Assembly (NCBI GenBank): GCA_014913405.1
Contig: GCA_014913405.1_3931.1
DNA length: 64,000 nt
Source of the DNA: a phage
Reading direction: 5' to 3' (one strand)
Shown here: one piece after another, positions 49,035 through 59,528 of the stretch
Layout of the letters: every line of letters starts with the position of its first letter
Position numbering within the stretch: the stretch's first letter is position 1
Position numbers and translations under genes: made by a program
The notes under the pieces: model-generated
Database searches by the model: none
The model's input: the letters and a program-made list of their open reading frames with translations, nothing else
What the model was told of the DNA's origin: nothing

Positions 49035-51581
49035 ATGGCAGATTACAAATTGAGTCAATTAAACTCAATCGACACAATTCGTTCAGAAGACCTATTGCAC
49101 ATCAGAGTTAAGAAAAGACCTGAAATGTTGGGTGACGAAGACCGTAGAATGACCTATCAAGACTTCTTAGCTTCCTTCAAACTAGAAAGGTTTGTTCAGA
49201 TTGCTGGGAGTACTATGGTTGGGGATTTAGGTATTGTCAAGTTACTTTACGGTGGTAAGGCAGTATTTGACCCAACAGGCTCTTCTGAGATTACTATTGG
49301 GGATATTTTAAAGACTTTTAAAATTAACTCAAATGGGCTTAAACTCACTATTGCAGATGCCACAAGGTCGGCAACTGTTTATCATACTTTGAATAAACCA
49401 AGCCCTAATGAACTTGGTATGAGAACTAATGAAGAGAATGATGCAAGATATGCAAGGCTTGCTGTTACAAACACATTCTCTGGAACTCAGAACATTCAAG
49501 GTGATGCTAACTTACTTCGTCTTAGAAACCAGAATGCAAATAATGCGCAATATATTGAGGGTGTGAACTTAGATGGTTCAGCTAGATGGTGGGTTGGTAT
49601 TGGTAGTAATGGCTCTGATGAAGTAAAACTGTACAATAACAAATACAACTCAGCTTTGACTATTGCAAGCAATATCTCTGTTAATAAGTCTTTAGCAATC
49701 ACTGGACAAGTTCAACCTTCAGACTTCTCTAACTTAGATGCTAGATACTTCACTCAGACAGTTGCTAATCAGAGATTTGCACAGTTAGCTGGCAATAATA
49801 CTTTTACAGGTGCTAACACTTTCACTAACCTTGTTGCTAAGAAGAATGCTAATGCCATTACTTTGCAGAATACTGATGCAAATACAGCACTTTACATTCT
49901 CGGTAAGAAGTCTGATGGAACAAATAAATGGTATGTTGGTACAGATTCTGACGAGACACGTCTAAACATTTATAACTACCTTACAGGTTCACAGGTTTCA
50001 CTAGGTACTACTATTGGTATCAATAAAACTGTGCAAATCACTGGACAAGTCCAACCTTCAGATTGGGCTAACATTGACTCTAGATATATTCCGGTAGCAA
50101 CATTAAGTACGATTGCAAGAACTAATGCAAGGAATACTTTTAATGGTGTACAGACAGTTGTTACGGATAATGAAGGTCTGATTGTTAAAAACTCTACTCA
50201 GAATAGACCATTATATATTCGTGGTGTGGACACTACTAATGTATCAAGATGGTGGATTGGTGTTGGTGGTGTTGATACGAGTGATGTTACCCTAAATAAC
50301 AGTTATTCTGGAACCCAATTGGTTCTCGGGAATACAACATCATACATTAACAAAACATTGACTATTGCTGGACAAGTTCAACCTTCAGATTTCTCTAACT
50401 TAGATGCTAGATACTTTACGCAAAGTGCTAGTGATAGTAGATACCTAAGAATCAGAAGCACTAGCTTCAATGTGGGAAACACTGATAAGTGGGCTAAAAT
50501 TGCCACTGTTGTGATGCCACAATCAGCATCCACTGCTGTTATTGAGGTATTTGGTGGGTCAGGTTTTAATATTAATACACCAAACCAAGCAGGTAAATGT
50601 GAAATTGTTCTGCGAACTTCAAATAACAATCCAAAGGGCTTAAATGTTGTTGCTTGGAGAACATCAGAGAACACCATTATCAGGGATATTGGTTATGTGA
50701 ATACTTCTGGAGACACCTATGATATTTACTATCTTGCTGGTACGTATCAAAACAGCACAACGACAAGGGTTCAGTCTTCTAGTAATGCAAGTGTACAGTT
50801 GTTTGAAGTCCCACAGACATTTGATGATGCTCCACAAGGTATTGTGAAGGGTACAATTGCAAAATACTACACAAGTTTGCAAAAACCAACCCCTTCAGAT
50901 ATTGGTGCATACACTAAAGCAGAAACTGACCAGAAGATTGCAGAAGCAATTAGTGACTCTACAGACCTGAATAAAATCTATCCAGTAGGTATTGTGACGT
51001 GGTTTAACAGTAATGTCAACCCAAACACAGCACTTCCTGGGTTAACTTGGACGTACCTGAACAATGGTGTTGGTAGAACTATTAGAATTGCAGCAGCAAA
51101 CGGTTCAGATGTTGCTACAACTGGTGGTTCAGACTCTGTAACGTTATCTGTTGGTAACTTACCTTCACATACACACGGTTTCTCTGCTACCACTTCATCA
51201 TTTGATTATGGTACTAAGACTTCTAGCACAACTGGTAACCATAACCACAACAGAGGTACTATGGAGATTACTGGTTCATTTGGTTACTTCAGGAGTGACA
51301 CTAGTAGCTTCTACACAGCAAGTGGTGCATTCCACCTCGGTAGTCAGGCAGGTTCTAAAGGGTATACTGGTAATAACTTTACTAATGGTATCCCTGTCAA
51401 CTTCAACGCATCAAGAAACTGGTCTGGTGTAACGAATACAACAGGTAACCACAGCCACACTGTTGGTATTGGTGCTCACAGCCACACAGTTAGTGGTAAC
51501 ACTGGTGGTACTGGTTCTGGTTCAGCATTCAGTGTTACTAACCAGTTCTATAAGTTAATGGCTTGGGTAAGAACTGCTTAA
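49035..51581 (+). CDS. Large tail fibre with three internal repeats and the same His-rich C-terminal domain (start moved from track 48966)
   Basis: ATG at 49035 with GAGG SD; repeats ITGQVQPSDFSNLDARYFTQ; C-terminal ...FYKLMAWVRTA. Confidence 0.7.
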   Translation: MADYKLSQLNSIDTIRSEDLLHIRVKKRPEMLGDEDRRMTYQDFLASFKLERFVQIAGSTMVGDLGIVKLLYGGKAVFDPTGSSEITIGDILKTFKINSNGLKLTIADATRSATVYHTLNKPSPNELGMRTNEENDARYARLAVTNTFSGTQNIQGDANLLRLRNQNANNAQYIEGVNLDGSARWWVGIGSNGSDEVKLYNNKYNSALTIASNISVNKSLAITGQVQPSDFSNLDARYFTQTVANQRFAQLAGNNTFTGANTFTNLVAKKNANAITLQNTDANTALYILGKKSDGTNKWYVGTDSDETRLNIYNYLTGSQVSLGTTIGINKTVQITGQVQPSDWANIDSRYIPVATLSTIARTNARNTFNGVQTVVTDNEGLIVKNSTQNRPLYIRGVDTTNVSRWWIGVGGVDTSDVTLNNSYSGTQLVLGNTTSYINKTLTIAGQVQPSDFSNLDARYFTQSASDSRYLRIRSTSFNVGNTDKWAKIATVVMPQSASTAVIEVFGGSGFNINTPNQAGKCEIVLRTSNNNPKGLNVVAWRTSENTIIRDIGYVNTSGDTYDIYYLAGTYQNSTTTRVQSSSNASVQLFEVPQTFDDAPQGIVKGTIAKYYTSLQKPTPSDIGAYTKAETDQKIAEAISDSTDLNKIYPVGIVTWFNSNVNPNTALPGLTWTYLNNGVGRTIRIAAANGSDVATTGGSDSVTLSVGNLPSHTHGFSATTSSFDYGTKTSSTTGNHNHNRGTMEITGSFGYFRSDTSSFYTASGAFHLGSQAGSKGYTGNNFTNGIPVNFNASRNWSGVTNTTGNHSHTVGIGAHSHTVSGNTGGTGSGSAFSVTNQFYKLMAWVRTA

Positions 51582-51660
51582 TCCCTTGTTGACTGATTGT
51601 TAAGATGGTGTTAATATTCTTTATGGGTATTCTCACCATCTTGGCTGATGAGGTGATTAA

Positions 51661-51855
51661 ATGCCTACAATCCTAGCAATTCTTCTAAAAAATCTAGGTA
51701 GCTTCTTCTGGAAACTCATTTTATCCCTTCTAAGTGAATACATGATTGAGAAAGTGTTCTTTAAGCTTGCGAGATACCTTGCGAGTAAAACAGATACACC
51801 TATTGATGATGAGTTCGTAGATAACTTAGAAAAAGCTTTTAAGGGGGAGAAATAA
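51661..51855 (+). CDS. Small membrane protein (holin-like?)
   Basis: 64 aa, hydrophobic N-terminus. Confidence 0.35.
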   Translation: MPTILAILLKNLGSFFWKLILSLLSEYMIEKVFFKLARYLASKTDTPIDDEFVDNLEKAFKGEK

Positions 51856-52227
51856 ATGAAGTGGCTAGAGGAAGCTTTTAAAAATAATATTGGTGCAATT
51901 GTAGTTGGTATTTTTAGTGTTATTGGGATGTATACCACTATGCAAGTCTCAAGTGGTAAGCAGGAAGTGTCTGTCACAACAAAGTTACAGCAGCTAGATA
52001 ATTATTCCAAAAGTAACTATTCAGCTATTCGTGATTTACAGTCTGACATGAGATTGATTCAGCTAGGGATGGAGAACCAGAAAGTTCAGTTAGAGAATGT
52101 TAAGGGTGAAAACGCAAAACTTACCAAAACCCTTGATAAATTCTCTGACAGTGTGAACAATCTGGCTCAATCAGTATCAGCCTTGCAAGCTATTACTGAA
52201 AAGAACACAAAGAATACTGAAAAATAA
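51856..52227 (+). CDS. Membrane-anchored coiled-coil protein
   Basis: N-terminal TM helix IGAIVVGIFSVIGMY. Confidence 0.45.
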   Translation: MKWLEEAFKNNIGAIVVGIFSVIGMYTTMQVSSGKQEVSVTTKLQQLDNYSKSNYSAIRDLQSDMRLIQLGMENQKVQLENVKGENAKLTKTLDKFSDSVNNLAQSVSALQAITEKNTKNTEK

Positions 52228-52231
52228 AATT

Positions 52232-52262
52232 TAAGGCTCCCGTAAAAAGGAGCCTTTTTTGT
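52232..52262. terminator. Bidirectional terminator between convergent blocks
   Basis: GGCTCC-loop-GGAGCC hairpin flanked by A-run and T-run. Confidence 0.7.
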
Positions 52263-52264
52263 TT

Positions 52265-53164
52265 TTACTTACCTACTGACAGAGGTGCTTCAATCTTTCC
52301 TGCATGTTGGTAGTTGTAAATGCCACCAATAAAATCACTTGCAGTAAGGTGTTTTAGGTCACTTAGTGTGTTAAGTGGTACACCAATCTCAAAAGTAGGT
52401 GCATGGAACTCTTCATTGTTCATCAGTTCATAAACCTGCTTCATATGGTTCTGATAAATCTGGGTATCCCCAAAGACACCTATCAAGTACCGTGGAGTGT
52501 ATCCAGTCATCTTACAAAGAACTTCTAAGATGAAACCATAAGACGCAATATTAAACGGAAGTCCTAAAAAGGTGTCTACTGAACGTTGATACCACTGTAA
52601 GTCAACTTCACCCTCATTAGTGATATAAATCTGAAACAGAACATGACAAGGTGCTAAAGCCATTGAGTTTGCTGCAATATCTGCTGCATTCCAAGCATTA
52701 ACAAGCATGTAACGGTCTGTGATATCACCCTTCATCTTCGTTACTAAGGTCTCTAGCTGGTCTACAACACAACCATTATGACCTTCAAAGTTTCTCCACT
52801 GAACCCCATAGATTCTCCCACCTGCATCTTCTAACCAATCTTGTTCAGAAGAATAATTAGAACTTAACCAGCGTTTAAAATCATCTGACCAGATAGTCCA
52901 GCGTTCTCCGTCATTTTCATCCCAAGTACGGTAACGAAGTTCACCCAGCTTATTCTCACCATTCAGGAACCATAAAGCCTCCCCAATAACTTGCCGTGTA
53001 AACACCTGTTTAGATGTTAAGAGCGGGAAACCAGTCCTCATATCAAAACGAAACTGAGGTGGAGCAAAAGCAGAGATAACATCTCCAGTTCGTGTAGTAC
53101 GCAGTTCACCAACGGATAAAACATGGTTCAGGATATTTTTGTAACTTGTATCTGCTTGTGACAT
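52265..53164 (-). CDS. thyA: Thymidylate synthase
   Basis: Motifs RTG..F, LAPCH, DTFLGLPFNIASY. Confidence 0.9.
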   Translation of the reverse strand: MSQADTSYKNILNHVLSVGELRTTRTGDVISAFAPPQFRFDMRTGFPLLTSKQVFTRQVIGEALWFLNGENKLGELRYRTWDENDGERWTIWSDDFKRWLSSNYSSEQDWLEDAGGRIYGVQWRNFEGHNGCVVDQLETLVTKMKGDITDRYMLVNAWNAADIAANSMALAPCHVLFQIYITNEGEVDLQWYQRSVDTFLGLPFNIASYGFILEVLCKMTGYTPRYLIGVFGDTQIYQNHMKQVYELMNNEEFHAPTFEIGVPLNTLSDLKHLTASDFIGGIYNYQHAGKIEAPLSVGK

Positions 53165-53165
53165 A

Positions 53166-53711
53166 TCAAAAGTGTCCTTTTACTTGTGGAACATAAATTT
53201 CAAAGGTTGCTTTACCATCTACTGATGGTTTTGACTGAATCTTAGCGAAAATTTGACGGTCATGCAACTTATCAAAGAAATTCTCAAAAGGTAGATGCAC
53301 AGTTGCCTCTTCAGTCACTTCATGAAAAATTGTATGGAACACTACATCAGCATACGGTAAAGCACTGACAAGAATACCTACACCACCAATTATGAAGACG
53401 TCTTCTTCAATATTACTATCAAGATACTTTAAAAATGCTCCAAAAGAATCTTGATGAGCCTTAGCAAACATAACATCATCTTTGGTGAAGTCCATACCAT
53501 AATAAGGCACAGAATTTGTTAAGATGAGGTTTGTACGTTCTGGTAAAGGTTTACTACCCAGAGTCTTAAAAGTCTCGTTACCCATAACTACTAAGTTGTC
53601 TTTAGTAAGTCTCTTAAACTCTTGCATATCCTGTTTATGTCGAGGCCACGGCATACCAGTTGGAGTACCAAACTCCCCATTTTCACCACTTGCAAAGATT
53701 AATTTAATCAT
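53166..53711 (-). CDS. frd: Dihydrofolate reductase
   Basis: MIKLIFA...GMPWP...VVMGNETFKTL motifs; adjacent to thyA. Confidence 0.8.
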   Translation of the reverse strand: MIKLIFASGENGEFGTPTGMPWPRHKQDMQEFKRLTKDNLVVMGNETFKTLGSKPLPERTNLILTNSVPYYGMDFTKDDVMFAKAHQDSFGAFLKYLDSNIEEDVFIIGGVGILVSALPYADVVFHTIFHEVTEEATVHLPFENFFDKLHDRQIFAKIQSKPSVDGKATFEIYVPQVKGHF

Positions 53712-53968
53712 TTTGTAAATCCTTTCTTAATGAACCAGTTGATAACATTCTTCACAGCTTTATTGCTATGGTATATTAGGTGTGGTGTAGGTTGGTATGA
53801 ACCATAAGCCCAGAATGATAGCTGCTCACCACAATCAACACATGTCGTACTCTCTTCAGCTATATGACCATTAACAATCACATGAACTTCACCTTGTAAA
53901 TCTGTACACCCACAATGTGGACATCGGATAGGTGTTCCATCAGACTCATAGCAGTGTTCAATTTTCAT
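53708..53968 (-). CDS. Small zinc-ribbon protein
   Basis: CPHCGC...CVDCG. Confidence 0.5.
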   Translation of the reverse strand: MKIEHCYESDGTPIRCPHCGCTDLQGEVHVIVNGHIAEESTTCVDCGEQLSFWAYGSYQPTPHLIYHSNKAVKNVINWFIKKGFTK

Positions 53969-54484
53969 CTATTTAACCTCAAAAACTGGCTCAAGAACCA
54001 ATATAAAATCTACACAGTCATCTTCTTCATCCAGAATACCATCAAAGTTCTTAGGAACGAAGTCGAAGAGGCTCATAACAAAACAGTCAGAAGTGACCCT
54101 GATAGTTCCTCCCATGTTCTCTACAGTTAACACTGTGCGACTTTCTTTTACCTCCCTCAGAAGATTACTCACAAAGTCATCTAAGAAGTACTTCATCAAT
54201 GACTTAAAACCTTTAGGATAATCTGTACCAGAGTATGTTTCAATCTGAGGTACAAGCTTAACATTTATACTAGTCTTTGTTAAGAACGTGCTAGAGAACA
54301 TACTATCAGGTAGCTTACAAACAGTCTTTCCAGTACCTTCATGTTCAATCTCAACAAAACCAGCTTCATCGCCACATGTAACTATTTTAAAAGATGCTTC
54401 ATTCTCATGCTGCGAAGCCATAAACTTTTTAAGCATCTCTTTAAGGAAGTCTGCATGAGCATCTTGTAAGTAGATACCAATCAT
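53969..54484 (-). CDS. Hypothetical protein
   Basis: ORF 171 aa. Confidence 0.5.
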   Translation of the reverse strand: MIGIYLQDAHADFLKEMLKKFMASQHENEASFKIVTCGDEAGFVEIEHEGTGKTVCKLPDSMFSSTFLTKTSINVKLVPQIETYSGTDYPKGFKSLMKYFLDDFVSNLLREVKESRTVLTVENMGGTIRVTSDCFVMSLFDFVPKNFDGILDEEDDCVDFILVLEPVFEVK

Positions 54485-54497
54485 AGTTAATCACCTA

Positions 54498-54857
54498 TTA
54501 AGGGAACAAACACTTAATGTCATCGTTTTTGAAAACGAAACTTGTGTAGTTGTGACCGTCAACATCCAGCCAAACAGCCTGAACATCTACACCATCAAGA
54601 TTGTGGTAAAGTTCTTTGATGAAGTGGTCTTTCACAATCTGGCTGCTAGTTGTTTCCAGCTTAATATTTGAGATTGCTGAACCTACAGCCATATAACCCA
54701 TGACACGTTTCTTCTCAGTATGCTTAATCTTACCATCTTTGTAAGCCATAATGAGATTGGAAAGAATCTTCACACCATAATACTTTTCAAGGTGAGTAGG
54801 TACACCGTAAAAGCCTAATGCGAAGTTTTCAGAGTGGATAATGTTTTCACGTTTCAT
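54498..54857 (-). CDS. Hypothetical protein
   Basis: ORF 119 aa. Confidence 0.5.
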   Translation of the reverse strand: MKRENIIHSENFALGFYGVPTHLEKYYGVKILSNLIMAYKDGKIKHTEKKRVMGYMAVGSAISNIKLETTSSQIVKDHFIKELYHNLDGVDVQAVWLDVDGHNYTSFVFKNDDIKCLFP

Positions 54858-54858
54858 A

Positions 54859-55188
54859 TTAATCTGCCAACCTTAAATTAAAATTAACACCAAATTTTTC
54901 ACATACTTCCAACATATACTCAAGGGAAACATTCCCAGTGAGGTGGATTATGTTGGATACACGAGCCTGAGAGATACCACAAATTTTAGCAACTTGCTCT
55001 TGAGAAAGACCTCTGGATTTAATCTCTCTCTTAAAACGATGTGCAACGAAGTCTCTCATTTCGTCTACATCCATTGGACAAATATAACTCTCCATTTCAG
55101 CCTCTCTATCAGCCTCCCAATCATCTTGTGGGGCATAAGGGTCAAAAACCTCATTCATCTTTCTTCTTCCGTTTGCGTGAAGTGTCAA
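54859..55188 (-). CDS. HTH (XRE-like) DNA-binding protein
   Basis: LSQEQVAKICGISQARVSNI helix-turn-helix. Confidence 0.55.
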   Translation of the reverse strand: MTLHANGRRKMNEVFDPYAPQDDWEADREAEMESYICPMDVDEMRDFVAHRFKREIKSRGLSQEQVAKICGISQARVSNIIHLTGNVSLEYMLEVCEKFGVNFNLRLAD

Positions 55189-55363
55189 TCAATGTATCTA
55201 TGTTTGTAGCTCTAACCTTTTCACGTTCATCGTTAAGATAATCATCAAGAATCTTTTCAATCTGTGAATCATCTTGACAGATAACTGTAAAGACTGTAAA
55301 GCCATCTGTATCATCAATTATCTTACCATAACCGCTTCTGGGGTGTAACTTTTTAAGAGCCAT
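55151..55363 (-). CDS. Hypothetical small protein
   Basis: ORF 70 aa. Confidence 0.35.
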   Translation of the reverse strand: MALKKLHPRSGYGKIIDDTDGFTVFTVICQDDSQIEKILDDYLNDEREKVRATNIDTLIDTSRKRKKKDE

Positions 55364-55364
55364 A

Positions 55365-55748
55365 TCAAATACCTGTGCAGCTTCTGTTTTCTAAGAAATA
55401 CTCAACACCATACATAGCTTTTTGCATCAAGTCTTCTTTAAACTGGATGCGATGATTGAGCATAACCTGTACATCAATATCATCATGGTTTTTCTCTTTA
55501 ATATTTGCAGATTGCAAGAAATACTCTGCAAGAACACGATACTGATAGTCAGTTACCTTATCAGTCATCTCTGTTAAAGACTCTTCAGAGATTGGTTTAA
55601 GTAGCTCACCATTAGCCAGAGCAACACCTTTAACAATCTGGCAAGTGTCTTTTGGAACACCTGATAAGTCCACATTTGGAAGTTCTGTTGCATTGACTGG
55701 TAAGTTCATTGCCATAACCATTGCAGCAGCTAATAAAATCTTTTTCAT
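55365..55748 (-). CDS. Secreted protein with signal peptide
   Basis: MKKILLAAAMVMAMNLPVNA signal. Confidence 0.5.
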   Translation of the reverse strand: MKKILLAAAMVMAMNLPVNATELPNVDLSGVPKDTCQIVKGVALANGELLKPISEESLTEMTDKVTDYQYRVLAEYFLQSANIKEKNHDDIDVQVMLNHRIQFKEDLMQKAMYGVEYFLENRSCTGI

Positions 55749-55859
55749 AATGACCTCAAAGTTATATTAAATTTTGTATTACATTGAGTATAAAAATAAG
55801 CTATAACACCTGACTTGTCAACAGATTTTATAGCTTATTTGGCAGATTTTTTATAAGGC

Positions 55860-56235
55860 TACTGCCATCCTTCCATACCTTACCTAACCAAGCCGAACAT
55901 CACACAACCAGACCGAGCCGTACCCCGCCTTATTAAAAGACCCTGTTTAAAGACCTTTTAAAAAGGTGAGTCTCATTTTAATGTAGCTGAGACTAACTAC
56001 CCTCACCTTACCTCACCTTACCTGACCTGACCCTACCTAACATTACCGTGCCACACCTCACTTAAAAACCCTCTTAAAAGACTCTTAAGTGATGTAATCG
56101 AATTTTAATGTAGCTCCGATTAACTACCCATACCATACCGCACCTAACCGCACCTAACCTGACCTGACCCCACCTAGCTAAACCTTATTAAAAGACCCTG
56201 TTTAAAGACCTTTTAGAAAGGAGCCTCCGAAGAGG
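55860..56235. repeat. Three tandem diverged units of about 120 bp (ACC-rich tract + TTTTAATGTAGCTnnGAnTAACTACCC + palindromic CACTTAAAA...TTAAGTG)
   Basis: Seen directly; related copy at 57340-57480. Confidence 0.7.
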
Positions 56236-56248
56236 CTACCTAGTCAAC

Positions 56249-56689
56249 TTAGAAAGGTTTTCTACGTTGCTTGTTAATGTTAGCTTTCATAGCAGCTAAA
56301 TGGTTTTGCTGTTCAATTAGTCGTGAACGTTCTTGATGGCTAAGTGCCATAGTGTTCACATTCTCAATTGCTTGAGTGGCTTGCTTTAAAGCTCGACCAA
56401 TCTTACCAGACATTTTACGTTTTGCAATAGTTGCTTGATGTTTAGGTTCAACCACACGATAACCAACACCCATTGAAGCAACCAGATAAATCTTCTCTTC
56501 TTTAAGAAGCTTCTCAATAAACTTCTCAAGTCGGTTTAGACGTGTAAGCGCATAAGCCTTCATTTCATCTTCGTACTTAACAATGTCACCTTGATAAGTT
56601 GGCTTCACAATACCTAAGAAGGTATCCATCTCAGAGTGTGATACAGTGTCGCCGTAACTAAACTTTGCTGCTAATGCTTTTGTATTCAT
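56249..56689 (-). CDS. Hypothetical protein
   Basis: ORF 146 aa. Confidence 0.5.
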   Translation of the reverse strand: MNTKALAAKFSYGDTVSHSEMDTFLGIVKPTYQGDIVKYEDEMKAYALTRLNRLEKFIEKLLKEEKIYLVASMGVGYRVVEPKHQATIAKRKMSGKIGRALKQATQAIENVNTMALSHQERSRLIEQQNHLAAMKANINKQRRKPF

Positions 56690-56691
56690 AA

Positions 56692-57297
<606 letters not shown>

Positions 57298-57339
57298 TTA
57301 GTTGATTGTTAAGTTGTTTGTAAAGAACCCTCAACAGAA

Positions 57340-57480
57340 GACTCTTTAGAAACTTGGTAGATTTTTAACGTGGCTACTACCATCCACCCATACCATACCT
57401 TACATTACCCGACCTCACAGAACACTACCGTACCAAACCGTACCGGGCTACACATCACTTAAAAACCCTCTTAGAAGACT
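57340..57480. repeat. Fourth copy of the ACC-rich/palindrome repeat unit
   Basis: CACTTAAAAACCCTCTTAGAAGACTCTTAAGTGATG shared with 56070-56105. Confidence 0.65.
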
Positions 57481-57706
57481 CTTAAGTGATGCTGGTGAGT
57501 ACCCGTTGGTTTATGCTGCTCAGTATACTCACCAAATTTTCTATGTCAACAACTTTTTATATAAAAGTCCTGATAGCTATATGTGTTACAAAACAGAAGA
57601 TTGTGAACAAAACACCCATTGCAAAAGATGTGTCCAAAAGCTTACTTGCAATGTATGACAATACAAAGACAACCAGTATAAACAGAATGACTGTACTTAA
57701 CATAGT

Positions 57707-58843
57707 TTACTCATAATCCCTAATAACTAGCCCGACAGGGAACTGTAAAGAACCCTTACGAGTCATCTTCTGGAACTGTACCGTTAAAGGCTTCCCGATA
57801 AACTCTTCAGGATGTTCAGCAAGATACTGTTTCTTCTCGTGTGTAGTTTTCCATGAGACATCTACAAAGACGTTAGGAAGAGTCTCTACAACGAACTTGC
57901 CATGACCACGTTTATCGGTCTTTACACCAGTCACTTTAAACTCTTCAGTGTGCATCTTCTTGTGTTTAATCAAGAAGTATGAACGGTGACCACACTCGTA
58001 GAAAGATTCTTCAGAGATTGAACGGTACATTGCACCTTCAAACTTAGCTTCAACCCACTTATCATGAGCTTCATCAAACTCTTCCCAAGAGTTTACACGA
58101 CGGGATTTAACAGGAACAACTTTACAGCCGTCTCTAAAGTCATTCAATGGTGAAGTCTCAATAATATCTCTACGCTCAGGCCACGTCTTAGTACTGTCAC
58201 AGATATCATACCAGTAAAACTTGAGTAGATGTCGGTCAGGATTGTCTTCATTTTTAATCATGGAGACAATATCTTCTAAGTCCAACCCATGAGCATAAAC
58301 CTCCCCGTCAAACTCATCAACGTCTGCATGGAGTCTTAACATAGTCATAATGTCAGGTGTTAGCTCAGTAGGTATTTTATAAACAGTATTCTCACGAGAA
58401 TAAGCCGTGAAACTAACTGAATCATCACCTCTTGAAATTCTACAACGGACACCATCAAGTTTTGGTTGAGCATCAGCAGGGAACTTCAGATACTTTGCAT
58501 GGCTAACCTTTGCAGCATCATGAGCAAGCTGTACACCTACCTTCTCAGTATTCTGTGCAGACTCTTTTGTGTAAGCGTAACCTTTACGGTCTACTTGTTT
58601 CTTATACTTAGCAGAAACTTCAAAGAGAGCTTGCTGTTCAGCGTTACGCTCATTCTTTTTACCGATGTTTTTAGGTTCTGCTGTATACTCTTCAAACATC
58701 ATCTTGCCATTTTCTTTACCGTAGGTTGTAATAACTTTGTCACCTACAGCAACACATGACCAGATGTTAAAAGAGCCATCTTTATTTTGTTTGTACAGTA
58801 TTGTCATTTTATTCCTCTGAGTGATACCAAGTATTGCAAGCAT
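57707..58843 (-). CDS. ATP-dependent DNA ligase
   Basis: Motif I KLDGVR, motif III FDGEVY, motif IV EGAMYR, motif V LIKHKK. Confidence 0.8.
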   Translation of the reverse strand: MLAILGITQRNKMTILYKQNKDGSFNIWSCVAVGDKVITTYGKENGKMMFEEYTAEPKNIGKKNERNAEQQALFEVSAKYKKQVDRKGYAYTKESAQNTEKVGVQLAHDAAKVSHAKYLKFPADAQPKLDGVRCRISRGDDSVSFTAYSRENTVYKIPTELTPDIMTMLRLHADVDEFDGEVYAHGLDLEDIVSMIKNEDNPDRHLLKFYWYDICDSTKTWPERRDIIETSPLNDFRDGCKVVPVKSRRVNSWEEFDEAHDKWVEAKFEGAMYRSISEESFYECGHRSYFLIKHKKMHTEEFKVTGVKTDKRGHGKFVVETLPNVFVDVSWKTTHEKKQYLAEHPEEFIGKPLTVQFQKMTRKGSLQFPVGLVIRDYE

Positions 58844-59000
58844 TACATGCGTAAAGCTCTAAGTCGTTTTTATCTGGTTTATGAAAACAGTTCGCTCCGC
58901 AGTGGCAACGAAACGGCTTTCCACCAACTGTCAGGATGAAGGATTGAACCTTTCCATCAGGAGTTCGTACAGCATTTTTATGTTTATCTTCTTTGTTCAT
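58809..59000 (-). CDS. Small Cys4 zinc-ribbon protein (paralog A)
   Basis: FRCHCGANCFHKPD...CNAC; paralog of 59325-59528. Confidence 0.55.
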   Translation of the reverse strand: MNKEDKHKNAVRTPDGKVQSFILTVGGKPFRCHCGANCFHKPDKNDLELYACNACNTWYHSEE

Positions 59001-59073
59001 TTTATCTCTTGTCTCACAAGCTATGCAACCTTTTGAGTAGAAGTAGTGCCAAGCACAACCATCAAAGCTCTCT

Positions 59074-59328
59074 TTAGTGATTAATTGAATTTACTAATTC
59101 CATGTGTTTTTCGTAGAAACATAAACATTTTTTATCTTGCTCATTTATGTAGCTCTCATAAAATTCTGGTGATTCTGGTCTTTCACCAAATGAAATAACC
59201 TTTAGGTAGTACTTCCCATATGTGGAGCTATCTAACCAAGAGTCAAATAGTAATTTCTTAGTATTAGTCTTTGGAGGTATTACCAAACTTTTCTCATACA
59301 ATTCCTTCATTTCTTGAGTTATCTTCAT
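59074..59328 (-). CDS. Hypothetical protein
   Basis: ORF 84 aa. Confidence 0.45.
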   Translation of the reverse strand: MKITQEMKELYEKSLVIPPKTNTKKLLFDSWLDSSTYGKYYLKVISFGERPESPEFYESYINEQDKKCLCFYEKHMELVNSINH

Positions 59329-59528
59329 TGCATATCCTTAATCTTACCTAAGAACCTTACCCCGCAGTTATTACACTCGTATATGTCTAACTTTGTGTTA
59401 TCAGGTTTGTGAAAACAGTTTGACCCACAACGACACCGGAATAGTTTACCATCAACACGAAGAATGAACGTCTCAAGCTCACCCTCTTCTGTAAGAACTG
59501 CGTTCTTCAATTTATCTCCTACAGTCAT
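59325..59528 (-). CDS. Small Cys4 zinc-ribbon protein (paralog B)
   Basis: FRCRCGSNCFHKPD...CNNC. Confidence 0.55.
   Translation of the reverse strand: MTVGDKLKNAVLTEEGELETFILRVDGKLFRCRCGSNCFHKPDNTKLDIYECNNCGVRFLGKIKDMQ

Noticed and set aside
47813-51581. Diversity-generating retroelement acting on the tail fibres
   Set aside because: No reverse-transcriptase ORF and no template-repeat/variable-repeat pair with adenine-specific mismatches; the fibre similarity is ordinary paralogy.
55860-56235. CRISPR array or tRNA genes in the ACC-rich tandem repeat region
   Set aside because: Units are about 120 bp and diverged, without identical direct repeats or T-loop motifs on either strand.
57486-57716. 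Plus-strand ORF (76 aa) in the ligase downstream gap
   Set aside because: Lies in a repeat-containing intergenic region on the opposite strand to the surrounding operon; hydrophobic low-complexity translation; no ribosome-binding site.
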